DNA from: Promethearchaeota archaeon
GTDB taxonomy: Archaea; Asgardarchaeota; Lokiarchaeia; Sigyniarchaeales; SOKP01
Assembly: GCA_016840085.1 (NCBI GenBank)
Contig: JAEOTA010000085.1
Location: forward strand, 17,441 to 81,440
Reading direction: 5' to 3'
DNA length: 64,000 bases
In this document: piece by piece, positions 19,814-29,360 of the stretch
How positions within the stretch are numbered: position 1 is the stretch's first letter
Layout of the letters: each line of letters begins with the position of its first letter
Translations under genes and position numbers: made by a program
The notes under the pieces: model-generated
The model's database searches: none
Seen by the model: only the letters and a program-made list of their open reading frames with translations
What the model was told of the DNA's origin: nothing

Positions 19814-20201
19814 AAATATTACAATTAAAATTGTTCTCTTTCTTATAATTTTAAAACAACTCCTAAGGATATTAGATTACTTTTTGTAATATATTTAATG
19901 CATATCTTAATTTAAAATATGTTAATATTGAATTTCTTTTGAATTTAAATATAAAAATAAGCCTTTAAATATTCATATTAGATCAGGGGATTTTTATACA
20001 TTTACTATATTTATTTGTAATATTTTTAAGTAAAAAATCCTCTAATTTATGAATATTTCATACTAAATAAAAGAAAACTAACTAAATGTTTATTTTGAAG
20101 TTATAAATAAAGTTGATTGATTAAAAATTAGTTTAGGTAAATATTTTTTATTTTATATGATAAAATTTAATCGATAAAAAAGGAATTAAATTAGAAAAGG
20201 A

Positions 20202-21752
20202 TTAAGAATTGAATATTTTACCAGTTTTAGCTTCTTCTTCTTCACGGAGTGGTTGTTTCATAATCTTACCTGTAGGAGTCTTAAGTAGATCATCTCTGAA
20301 TTCCACATATTTTGGAATTTTGAAATTAGCAAGATTCTTTTTGCAATGTTCAATTATTTCTTCGGCAGTTGTAGTTTTTCCTTCTTTCAATACTACAAAA
20401 GCTTTAGGAAGTTCTCCATAGATATTATCTCGCACTCCAATAACAGTTGCTAATGAAACATCAGGATGAGCATATAGCACCTCCTCTATTTCTCTAGGAT
20501 ATATATTTTCTCCACCTCGAATGATCATATCTTTTTTACGATCTGTAATATAGAAAAAGCCATCTTCATCCATATATCCAATATCACCTGTATATAACCA
20601 ACCCTCTTTGAGAGTTTCAGCATTTGCTTCCGGATTTTTAAAATATTCTTTCATAATATTATCCCCTATAATCACGATTTCTCCTTTAGTGTTAGGGGGA
20701 ACATCATTACCCTTATCATCTACAATTTTCATTTCATTCCCTGGTAGGGGTAGACCAATACTGCCTACTTTTCGCTTATCTTCAGTCTCAGACGGCATGG
20801 GATTAACTGAAGAAGCACAAGTACCCTCCGTAAGACCATAACCTTCTATAATTTTACATTTAAATGTTTTTTCAAATTCTCTAAATACTTCTACAGGTAA
20901 AGGAGCAGCTCCACAAATAATAAATTCTAATGAAGAAAGATCCAGATTTTCATGGGGCATTCTGAGCAAGACAGAAAGCACTGTTGGCACGGAACTAAAA
21001 GTAGATGCTTTATATTTTGCTACAGTTTCCCAATGTGTTTGAGCTGAGAATCCAGGAGTTAAAATACAACTAGCGCCAATAGTGAAAGGTGCCATGACAG
21101 TTACTATCTGAGCATTAACATGGAATAGTGGTAAAATTAACATGAATCGAAAATCTTCCCTAGCTTTTAAAAACTCTTGAATCATTTCTCCATTTCTCCT
21201 GATATTAAAATGGGTTTGTAAAACACCTTTTGGAAATCCTGTGGTTCCTGATGTATAGAGAATTGCCGCAGGATCCTCTTTTTCATCAATAGAAACTATA
21301 GGAGGAGCATCTGAAGATGTTTTGTCCATCAATTCCCAAAAATTTAAAGTACCTTCGACAGGTTCTCCAATTACTAGTATATGTTCCAAATTGGGGAGAT
21401 CGTCTTTGATTTCATTAACCAATTCCATAAATTTTGGGATCGTAACTATAGCTTTAGCTTCTGAATGCCCTACTACAAATTTAACTTCTCGAGTCTTAAA
21501 TAATGCATTTACTGGACCAGTAATCGCGCCGATTTTTGGAATACCTAAGTATACATATACATATTCAGGCATATTTGGAAGGTAAACACTTACTTTTTCT
21601 CCTTTTCTTATTCCTAAATTATATAATAAATTAGCCACTTTATTCGTAAGCTCATTCAATTGAGAATAAGAAACGGTAATATCCTCCCAATATAAAAAAA
21701 CCTTATCCTTATACTTTTCTGCCTGAGTTTCTACTAATTCTCTTAGATTCAT
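20202..21752 (-). CDS. AMP-dependent acyl-CoA synthetase/ligase
   Basis: ILYTSGTTGFPKGV, GYGLTE, GWLYTGDIGYMDEDGFFYITDRKKD, C-terminal PKTPTGKI. Confidence 0.85.
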   Translation of the reverse strand: MNLRELVETQAEKYKDKVFLYWEDITVSYSQLNELTNKVANLLYNLGIRKGEKVSVYLPNMPEYVYVYLGIPKIGAITGPVNALFKTREVKFVVGHSEAKAIVTIPKFMELVNEIKDDLPNLEHILVIGEPVEGTLNFWELMDKTSSDAPPIVSIDEKEDPAAILYTSGTTGFPKGVLQTHFNIRRNGEMIQEFLKAREDFRFMLILPLFHVNAQIVTVMAPFTIGASCILTPGFSAQTHWETVAKYKASTFSSVPTVLSVLLRMPHENLDLSSLEFIICGAAPLPVEVFREFEKTFKCKIIEGYGLTEGTCASSVNPMPSETEDKRKVGSIGLPLPGNEMKIVDDKGNDVPPNTKGEIVIIGDNIMKEYFKNPEANAETLKEGWLYTGDIGYMDEDGFFYITDRKKDMIIRGGENIYPREIEEVLYAHPDVSLATVIGVRDNIYGELPKAFVVLKEGKTTTAEEIIEHCKKNLANFKIPKYVEFRDDLLKTPTGKIMKQPLREEEEAKTGKIFNS

Positions 21753-21951
21753 ATAAATTTCCTCATATTTTTAAAATTATCAATTATGATTTTAAACAAG
21801 CAAAAATATGTTCTCTCTTATATAAAGTTTATAATCCTAATATTAAAGTTAATTTTATCCACCTTAATAGTAGAGAGATTTAAAAATAAAACTATTATAA
21901 TATTTACATAATTATTTTATATTTTGAATGATAAAAATAAATGATTAAGAT

Positions 21952-22203
21952 TTGATATTTATGGAATTTAAAGAATTTTTTAGCGATTTTGCGGTTTTCC
22001 TAAAGACAGGTCTTAAAAAATTAATACTTGTTAGTATCCTCGTTTTCTATTTTTCATTTTTGGGTTTTTATAATGCTTTTAGGATGAATTTAGATTATTC
22101 AGTAGAATTTAGTTGGATATATGGTATAATCTCTAGCCTAATATTCACTATAATTTTCGTTTTACTTGTAGAGATATTCCTCTTTTATCTCAAGAAACGA
22201 TAG
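21952..22203 (+). CDS. Small two-TM membrane protein (probable start ATG 21961), paralog of 29001..29258
   Basis: MEFKEFFSDF...ILVFYFSFLGFYNAFRMNLDYSVEFSW aligns along its whole length with the 29001 ORF. The first 18 nt from the ATG are identical. Confidence 0.55.
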   Translation: MIFMEFKEFFSDFAVFLKTGLKKLILVSILVFYFSFLGFYNAFRMNLDYSVEFSWIYGIISSLIFTIIFVLLVEIFLFYLKKR

Positions 22204-22271
22204 TAAATTTTTATTATCAGTAAACAAAAATGTATTATAATAATAAGTATCTTTATTAGAGGGTGGATTAA

Positions 22272-23495
22272 TTAAGGATTTGACAAATTTTTGAATAGAT
22301 CTAAATACTTTTCTACGTGAGTTATCAAAAGAAATTCATTTTTAACTTTCTCGCGGCCTTTTTCGCCCATTTTTTTAGCAATTTTTGGATTCTTTAAAAG
22401 ATAAATTACTTTTTCAGCAGTCTCATCAATTGTATCAACTAAAAAACCATTAATTCCATTTTCAATTTGTAATTTAATACCTCCAACATTTCCACCGATA
22501 ACGGGAGTTTTTTTCCATAGTGCTTCGGTGACAGTGAGACCAAAACCTTCTCTAATTGATTTTTGGAGAATAATTTCAGAAACTTGTTGGAACGCATTTA
22601 CTTCTAAATCTGCAACTCCATCTAAATTTGATAAGATATGAATGCTTGGATCATCTCCAGCATAATTTTTTACTTTTTCTAACCATTTAACACCTTCCGG
22701 ATCATCATGAGCAAGACTTCCTATTAAAACTAAACGGATAGGAATTTCTTCATTAACTTTTCTATAAACATCAATTACACCCAATGGATCCTTCCAGGGA
22801 TCAAATCGGGAAACTTGTGTAATAAGGGGTAAATCTAATGGAACAAATTTTTCGACAATCTCTTTGGCAATATTTTCATCTAGTTGTTTATTCTTCTCTG
22901 AAAATGGATCAATTGAAGGTGTTATTTGAAATATAGGTGTTGTAATATCTTCTTTGGCAAATTCTCTCTTAGTAAAAATGAGGGCATTATATAAAGGAAG
23001 ATATTCCGAAATCAAATCCCATGCGTGAGGATTTGGATTAGAAGTATCAATATGACACCGCCAAATCCATTTACCTTTCTTCTCTTCAGCAAATTTGATA
23101 ATAGGACATGGTTGAGGATCATGAATTATTATGAAATCACCATCAGGTCGAATTTGTTCATATGACGATTTTGCTTGCAAAATATATGAGGAAATTTCGT
23201 CATCAGAGAATTTGATATCCATATTCCCCTGTAATGCATTATGCATTTTCTTGGATATTTTAAAAAATTTTTCAGGAGCTGTAAAAACTTTCCAATCCAC
23301 GTTAATTTTTAATTCTTGCATTAACGGAATCATATTATGTAAGATTTCAGCAACCCCTCCACCAAATTTAGTAGCGTTTATATGTAAAATATTATAATTC
23401 TCAAACTCTTTTGCTTTTTTTTGGACTCTTTTTATTACTTTATTCCCTAATAATTTAGAATATTGTTTTAATAGATTATCAGATTCAGTATCCAT
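22272..23495 (-). CDS. treT: Trehalose glycosyltransferring synthase (GT4)
   Basis: HINATKFGGGVAEILH, WRCHIDTS, ITQVSRFDPWKD, AHDDPEG and REGFGLTVTEALWK closely follow the Thermococcales TreT sequence as I recall it. Adjacent to a sugar ABC transporter. Confidence 0.8.
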   Translation of the reverse strand: MDTESDNLLKQYSKLLGNKVIKRVQKKAKEFENYNILHINATKFGGGVAEILHNMIPLMQELKINVDWKVFTAPEKFFKISKKMHNALQGNMDIKFSDDEISSYILQAKSSYEQIRPDGDFIIIHDPQPCPIIKFAEEKKGKWIWRCHIDTSNPNPHAWDLISEYLPLYNALIFTKREFAKEDITTPIFQITPSIDPFSEKNKQLDENIAKEIVEKFVPLDLPLITQVSRFDPWKDPLGVIDVYRKVNEEIPIRLVLIGSLAHDDPEGVKWLEKVKNYAGDDPSIHILSNLDGVADLEVNAFQQVSEIILQKSIREGFGLTVTEALWKKTPVIGGNVGGIKLQIENGINGFLVDTIDETAEKVIYLLKNPKIAKKMGEKGREKVKNEFLLITHVEKYLDLFKNLSNP

Positions 23496-23662
23496 TTCTT
23501 TAATTCCACTATCTTTTTTTACAATTACTATAATTACTATAAATCTAGTTGGTTCGAATTCATAACTTATTATTTTTTATTCATTTTACGCATATAAAAT
23601 TGATTTGTTTATTTATCAAAACAGTAACATTTATAAACATTACTATCGTATTTTCTTTTTGA

Positions 23663-23699
23663 TTTTTTCCCTCTTCATTCTCATTAAAAAGGGAAAAAA
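23663..23699 (+). promoter_or_regulatory. 10-bp perfect inverted repeat (TTTTTTCCCT N17 AGGGAAAAAA) upstream of the binding-protein gene
   Basis: Lies 45 nt upstream of ATG 23744 and downstream of a TTTATAAA TATA-like box (about 23630). Confidence 0.3.
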
Positions 23700-23743
23700 T
23701 GAAAATTTAACAAAAATCAAAAAATTTGGGTCGAAATTAAAAA

Positions 23744-25198
23744 ATGAGAAAAAAAATTAATTATAAAGCATCAACCATTTTGATTAGTCTTTTATTGTTA
23801 ATTTCCGCTTCAGTAATTGTTATTCCCGTTAACGCCGGTCCAAAAATCTCACAAGTAACCTTAAATATTGTAGTTACTAGTGAACAAATAGAGTCAATCG
23901 AAGGTGTAATAGACGATTTTCTTGCCACAGATGAAGCAGAAGGAATAGATGATGTGAATGTTATTTCTTCAGGAGATACAGCTGATGATCAGCTAACATA
24001 TATACAAACGCGTATGGCAACAAAAGATACAACTTTGGACGTTGTAGGAATGGATGTTATTTGGACAGCTCTTTTTGCTGAGAATGGATGGATTATAAAT
24101 TTAGATACACATTTAGAAACCAAAGAAATGGATGATTATGTTGGTGGTATGGTCGATTCAGGTGAATATCAAGGTAGCCAGTGGGCATTTCCTTATTTCT
24201 TTAACTTAGGAGTTCTTTTCTATCGTAAAGATCTATTAACAAAATATGGATATAATGAAACAGATTTTGATACTTGGGCTGAATTAAATGCAACAACAAA
24301 TGATATTTTAGAAAAAGAAGATAATTCTAAACTAGTTGGATACGTAGCACAATTTGATAATTATGAAGGAGGAACAGTTAATTTTCAAGAATGGATAGGA
24401 AGTATGGGTGTTACAGCAATATTTGATGCAGAAGGTACTCCAGATGTTACTGATGTAAAAATTGTAGCCGCCTTGACATTTTTAAAAGGATTAATAGCTC
24501 CTGATGATGATACTGATTTAAGAGATACTGATTATATTATTCCCCGTGATGCATTGGAAATGAATGAAGGTACATCAGAGGCAAAATGGACAGTTGGGGA
24601 AGCAATATTCTGTCGACAATGGCCATACGTTTATGGTATAACTATATTAAATGATAAATTGAATGCTAGCACTGGTGGAGTATACACTCAATTTGGAGTA
24701 GCACCTATACCAACTTTTACTGGTGCAGCAGGTGAGAAATCTTCTTGTGTAGGTGGTGCAATTTTAGGAATTTCAGCATATAGTGAACACACAGATGAAG
24801 CTATTGCCCTTGCTAGATACTTATGTCAAAATCATTCCCAGTATTATGCGTTAGAGAAATATGGCCATTTTCCTGCATTGAAAGCAACATATACAAAACT
24901 ACCTCCAAAATATGAATATGTCGATGACTTTTATAAAGCAGCAGGTGTAACTCTAGCTAGACCAAAACATAAAGAATATCCAAAAATTAGTGATGCTATA
25001 TCAGATCGATTTACAGAAATAATTAGTTGTCAAAGTACTCCTACAGATGGAATGGATGATTTACAGAAAGATATTGAAGATATTATTACTCCAGCAGAAG
25101 AGATTATCCCAGGTTTTGAATTACCGATTGTGCTTTTAACCATAGCTTCAATGATGTCAATGATATTCATTTTAATAAGAAAAAAAATTCTTCATTAA
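23744..25198 (+). CDS. Sugar ABC transporter substrate-binding protein (family 1) with N-terminal signal and C-terminal membrane anchor
   Basis: N-terminal ILISLLLLISASVIVIPVNA, C-terminal LPIVLLTIASMMSMIFILIRKK. Followed by permease and ATPase genes. Confidence 0.8.
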   Translation: MRKKINYKASTILISLLLLISASVIVIPVNAGPKISQVTLNIVVTSEQIESIEGVIDDFLATDEAEGIDDVNVISSGDTADDQLTYIQTRMATKDTTLDVVGMDVIWTALFAENGWIINLDTHLETKEMDDYVGGMVDSGEYQGSQWAFPYFFNLGVLFYRKDLLTKYGYNETDFDTWAELNATTNDILEKEDNSKLVGYVAQFDNYEGGTVNFQEWIGSMGVTAIFDAEGTPDVTDVKIVAALTFLKGLIAPDDDTDLRDTDYIIPRDALEMNEGTSEAKWTVGEAIFCRQWPYVYGITILNDKLNASTGGVYTQFGVAPIPTFTGAAGEKSSCVGGAILGISAYSEHTDEAIALARYLCQNHSQYYALEKYGHFPALKATYTKLPPKYEYVDDFYKAAGVTLARPKHKEYPKISDAISDRFTEIISCQSTPTDGMDDLQKDIEDIITPAEEIIPGFELPIVLLTIASMMSMIFILIRKKILH

Positions 25199-25220
25199 AA
25201 TTCTAAAATTTAAAAATTAC

Positions 25221-25231
25221 TTTTTTTTTTT
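25221..25231 (+). terminator. Intra-operon oligo-T tract (T11) between the binding-protein and permease genes
   Basis: T11 lies 23 nt after the SBP stop and 39 nt before the permease start. Possible partial terminator. Confidence 0.35.
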
Positions 25232-25269
25232 ATTTATGTTGCAATAATATTTTTCAAAAGTGAATAAAA

Positions 25270-27303
25270 ATGATAAATAGTTTAACTCAAAAAGCTGAAG
25301 TTATCGAATTCCCTGATAAAAAATTTGATAAACCCCCTTCTGATACAAAATTTGTTATTTCACTACTAACTCCCGCAATAACCCTTTTTTTAATTGCTAT
25401 TTTTATTCCAATAGTAATTGGTATTTTTATTAGCTTTACTAATAGCAGTGCACAAACTGGCTATTTAGGGAATAGATTAGTTCTTACTAATTTTTTTGAT
25501 TTGTTATTCTATGGAAGAAGAAATTCTACTATCTTTTGGCAATATACATATCAGACGATTTTTTTTTCAGTTGTCGCCTTAATCCTCGAATTTGTATTAG
25601 GATTGGTTTTTGCCTTAATATTAAATAAAGAATTTAGAGGTCGTGGATTAGCGAGAGCAACATTACTTATTCCGTGGGCAATTCCAACAGTTGCCTCAGC
25701 AACTATATTTAGATATGAAATATTTTCACCTGCTAGCCAATTTGGACTTATAAATAGTTTATTTTCTCTTGTAAATTTTCAAACAATAAATTTTTATGGA
25801 GTAGATGCAGACACACTTTTTAATTTACCTGTTTTTGTTCCATATGATCCTTTTATAACCGAAATCCCAATAAAAATGACTATGGTAACTGTTATAATAA
25901 TTGATGTATGGAAAACAACACCTTTTATTACATTATTAATTTTAGCTGCTTTGCAAATTGTACCTGAAGATTTATATAAAGCAGGAGATATTGCTGGCGC
26001 AAATGGTTGGCAGAAATTTAGATATATTGCGTGGCCAATGATAAAACCTGGTGTTGGAGTTGCCTTGATATTTCGCATGATGCAAGCACTTAGAGTTTAT
26101 GACGCAGTTGTAGTTTTTAATGATAACAGTGTTAATTCTATGACCTCACAATCAGTAAGTTTATGGATTAGTGGAGACTTTGGTATCGCTTCAACTGTTG
26201 CATTCTTATTATTTGTGCTAATCATCATTTTTGCAATATTAATTTTATTTTTAACAAGGAGTAAAGAAACTGTTAAATTAGGAAAAGGTGAAGATGTTGA
26301 AATAGTCTATAAAGAGAAAGAAGAAAAATACGGTGTTGATCAGTTTCTTGCTGCTACGGGGGGTCAGTTTAAAAGTAGAGTTGAAAGCCCTTCTAAAAGA
26401 AGAATCAATTGGTATAAAAGGAAGCGGATTATCAAGAAAATTGTCTTTTATCTTATGGCTGTTTTTATGTGTCTTTTTTGCGCATTGCCTTTTATTTGGA
26501 TTGTTTTGAGGTCTTTTAGATATCCATATTTAGATGAGCAACAAACATATTTTGAAATAATACCTAGAGTTTTCTCCATTGAACCATATAAGATAATTTT
26601 TGAAAATTCGCGATTTACTGGGGTTTCGTTTGATAAAGCTCTTCTTAATAGTGTCATTCTTGCTGGTTTGACGGTTTTAGTTGTAATCATTTTAGGATCT
26701 TTCATTGCTTATGCCATAGCGAAATTTAAATTTCGAGGAAAACGGGTTTTAAATTCCTTCATTTTTTCTATGAATAGCTTACCACCATTAGTTATTATTA
26801 TTCCATTCTTCATTCAAATATCATTATTTATGGATTTACTCCCAATTTTACAATTAAAAGATAATATTTATACATTAATTTTACCATATGCTGCAGTTAA
26901 TTTACCGTTAGCTGTTTTTGTTTTAACAGCATTTTTTAATGAAATCCCTGAAGAACTATGGAGTGCAGCAAAAGTTGATGGCGCATCGAATTTTCAAATA
27001 TTTAGAAAAATAATCTTCCCTTTAACAATTCCAGGTGTTTTTACATGTGCTATTTTAGTATTTATTGCAGCCTGGAATGAATTACTGTTTGCTCAGATTT
27101 TTTTAACGTCTGATCGTAACCATACTGTTCCACGAGCGATATTGAGATTTGTATTTAATGAATTAAGTTTACAAGCTCCATGGGACACAGGTATCGCATT
27201 ATTGGCAGCAACATCATTAGCCACAGTTCCATTAGTTGTTGTTGTGTTAATTTTCCAGAAAAAAATTATAGGTGGTTTAACTAGAGGTGCTGTTAAAGGA
27301 TAA
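25270..27303 (+). CDS. Fused MalF-like/MalG-like ABC permease (both transmembrane domains in one 677-aa polypeptide)
   Basis: Two EAA-type loops: YKAGDIAGANGWQKFRYIAWPMIKPG and LWSAAKVDGASNFQIFRKIIFPLTIPG. They are separated by a charged linker (GKGEDVEIVYKEKEEKYG...). Confidence 0.85.
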   Translation: MINSLTQKAEVIEFPDKKFDKPPSDTKFVISLLTPAITLFLIAIFIPIVIGIFISFTNSSAQTGYLGNRLVLTNFFDLLFYGRRNSTIFWQYTYQTIFFSVVALILEFVLGLVFALILNKEFRGRGLARATLLIPWAIPTVASATIFRYEIFSPASQFGLINSLFSLVNFQTINFYGVDADTLFNLPVFVPYDPFITEIPIKMTMVTVIIIDVWKTTPFITLLILAALQIVPEDLYKAGDIAGANGWQKFRYIAWPMIKPGVGVALIFRMMQALRVYDAVVVFNDNSVNSMTSQSVSLWISGDFGIASTVAFLLFVLIIIFAILILFLTRSKETVKLGKGEDVEIVYKEKEEKYGVDQFLAATGGQFKSRVESPSKRRINWYKRKRIIKKIVFYLMAVFMCLFCALPFIWIVLRSFRYPYLDEQQTYFEIIPRVFSIEPYKIIFENSRFTGVSFDKALLNSVILAGLTVLVVIILGSFIAYAIAKFKFRGKRVLNSFIFSMNSLPPLVIIIPFFIQISLFMDLLPILQLKDNIYTLILPYAAVNLPLAVFVLTAFFNEIPEELWSAAKVDGASNFQIFRKIIFPLTIPGVFTCAILVFIAAWNELLFAQIFLTSDRNHTVPRAILRFVFNELSLQAPWDTGIALLAATSLATVPLVVVVLIFQKKIIGGLTRGAVKG

Positions 27304-27334
27304 TTTAAATTCAAGAAAAAGAAGGTAAAAAAAA

Positions 27335-28426
27335 ATGGTACATATAAAGTTAAAAAATGTTAACAAAATTTTTCAACCAGATGTACAAGTTTTAAATGAT
27401 ATTAATCTTGAAATTAAGGATAAGGAATTTATGGTTCTCGTAGGTCCTTCAGGATGTGGTAAATCCACTTGTTTAAACATCATCGCAGGTTTAGAATATG
27501 TTACAGATGGAAAAGTCTTTTTTGATGATGCAGATGTTACTTATCTTCCACCCAAAGAAAGAAAAGTAGCAATGGTATTTCAAAGTTATGCTTTATATCC
27601 TCACATGAATGTTAGAGAAAATATGGGATTTGCTTTAAAATTATCAAAAATAGATAAGAAGGAAATTAATAGAAGAGTTGAGGAGGCAGCAAAACTTTTG
27701 GGGATTTCAGAGTTATTAGATAGAAAACCCGGTGAATTAAGTGGGGGACAACGCCAAAGGGTAGCATTAGGAAGGTCAATTGTTAGAAATCCCACAGTAT
27801 TTCTTTTTGATGAACCATTAAGTAATTTAGATGCGAAATTACGTATTCAAATGCGAGGTGAAATTATTAAATTACAAAGAAAACTTCAAATTACTCAAGT
27901 TTATGTGACACATGATCAAGTGGAAGCAATGTCTATGGCAGATCGTATATCTATCTTATTTGAGGGTAAATTTCAACAAATTGGAACGCCTAGCGAAGTA
28001 TATAATAAACCAGCTAATAAATTTGTTGCGGGGTTTATTGGATCACCTTCTATGAATTTTTGGGATGCTAGTTTTAATGCAACCAAAATAATTTTTGGTG
28101 TACAAGAATATCAATTACCTTCAGAGCTCGCACAGAAACTTGATGATGAGAGAGTAGAAGAAATGATTTTAGGAATACGCCCAGAACATATTAAAATAAC
28201 TCCTACTGCTCATGACAATTCTTATGAAGTTGAACTAACAGTAGTGGAGTTCTTAGGAGCAGAAACAATTGTTACTTTTGAGTTTCCAGATGGTATTAGT
28301 GGCATGATATCTGCACCTGGTTTTTATGAATCAAAAATGGGGGATAAATCATATATTTCATTTCCTTCTGAAAAAATTCATATATTTAATAAGGAAACGG
28401 AAATAAATCTCATCCATAAATATTAA
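27335..28426 (+). CDS. Sugar ABC transporter ATPase (MalK/UgpC-like)
   Basis: Walker A GPSGCGKST, signature LSGGQRQRVALGR, Walker B FLFDEPLSNLD, plus a C-terminal regulatory domain. Confidence 0.9.
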   Translation: MVHIKLKNVNKIFQPDVQVLNDINLEIKDKEFMVLVGPSGCGKSTCLNIIAGLEYVTDGKVFFDDADVTYLPPKERKVAMVFQSYALYPHMNVRENMGFALKLSKIDKKEINRRVEEAAKLLGISELLDRKPGELSGGQRQRVALGRSIVRNPTVFLFDEPLSNLDAKLRIQMRGEIIKLQRKLQITQVYVTHDQVEAMSMADRISILFEGKFQQIGTPSEVYNKPANKFVAGFIGSPSMNFWDASFNATKIIFGVQEYQLPSELAQKLDDERVEEMILGIRPEHIKITPTAHDNSYEVELTVVEFLGAETIVTFEFPDGISGMISAPGFYESKMGDKSYISFPSEKIHIFNKETEINLIHKY

Positions 28427-28452
28427 CAACCACATAAATTCTATATTAAAAC

Positions 28453-28932
28453 TTGGTGAATTATATCCCTTTCATTGCTAATTTATATCAAAATGCTAAA
28501 GAAAAGAACATCCTTGCTGGAGTAGTTATTATCGACTTAATTTCCTTTATTTCATATATTATTTTTTCAGCAGGTTTTTTCTATTTAGGAGATCTCCAAA
28601 TGGTTATTGGATGTATTGTAGGAACTTATTTTTCTCTTAAAAACATTAAATCTAATCAATCTTTTATAAAACATGGTATAATGGTTAGCTTAGGTGGAAC
28701 TATTTTATCAGCAATTTCAATGAGTTTTTTTGACTGGATTATATTTTGGCAAATAACAGGATTTTCTCTATTTTCATTTCTAGTGATTTTTGGCCTATTT
28801 TCAATTGAAGCATTGATCATAGGATTAATCATTGGAGGGATTCTTGGAGGTTATTACCATCATACAAACAAGAAAGGAATTGAAACATCCCCTAAAGAAG
28901 ATGAATTTTATGAAAGTTTAATAGAAAAGTAA
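28453..28932 (+). CDS. Hypothetical membrane protein
   Basis: 159 aa, 4 hydrophobic segments. Last gene of the sugar cluster. Confidence 0.5.
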   Translation: MVNYIPFIANLYQNAKEKNILAGVVIIDLISFISYIIFSAGFFYLGDLQMVIGCIVGTYFSLKNIKSNQSFIKHGIMVSLGGTILSAISMSFFDWIIFWQITGFSLFSFLVIFGLFSIEALIIGLIIGGILGGYYHHTNKKGIETSPKEDEFYESLIEK

Positions 28933-29000
28933 ATTTTTAGAATATAAAATTTAGTTAAATATATGCCAATTCAAAAATTAAGTAAATAAGTATTGATAAA

Positions 29001-29258
29001 ATGGAATTTAAAGAATTTCTAACCAAATTTATTAGCTATAATAAAAGAATTATAAGAAAGTTAATAGTAATCACTTTTATTGTCTTTTATTTTGCTTTTT
29101 TAATTTTGTACAATCTTTTAAGAATAAATTTACAATATTCCATAGAATCAAGTTGGTCATTAGGATTAATTTATGCGCTAATATCCGCTCTTATTCTAGT
29201 CTTGATTGTAGATTTATTGCGTTTCATCTACATAATTAAATCGGGAAAAGAATTATAA
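29001..29258 (+). CDS. Small two-TM membrane protein, paralog of 21961..22203
   Basis: MEFKEFLTKF...FIVFYFAFLILYNLLRINLQYSIESSW. Same orientation as its paralog. Confidence 0.55.
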   Translation: MEFKEFLTKFISYNKRIIRKLIVITFIVFYFAFLILYNLLRINLQYSIESSWSLGLIYALISALILVLIVDLLRFIYIIKSGKEL

Positions 29259-29360
29259 GAGAACTCTTAGTTTTTTAAGATTTAAGAAAAATAATAATTA
29301 CTAGTTTTCAAAATGAGTATATAAAGCTATATTAGTTTCTTAAACCTACTCTGAAAAATT

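Noticed and set aside
23551-23560. GGTTCGAATT, resembling a tRNA T-loop (GGTTCGAATCC)
   Set aside because: The flanks cannot form a T-stem, acceptor stem or anticodon arm, and the surrounding sequence is AT-rich intergenic. At most it is a tiny tRNA-end relic.
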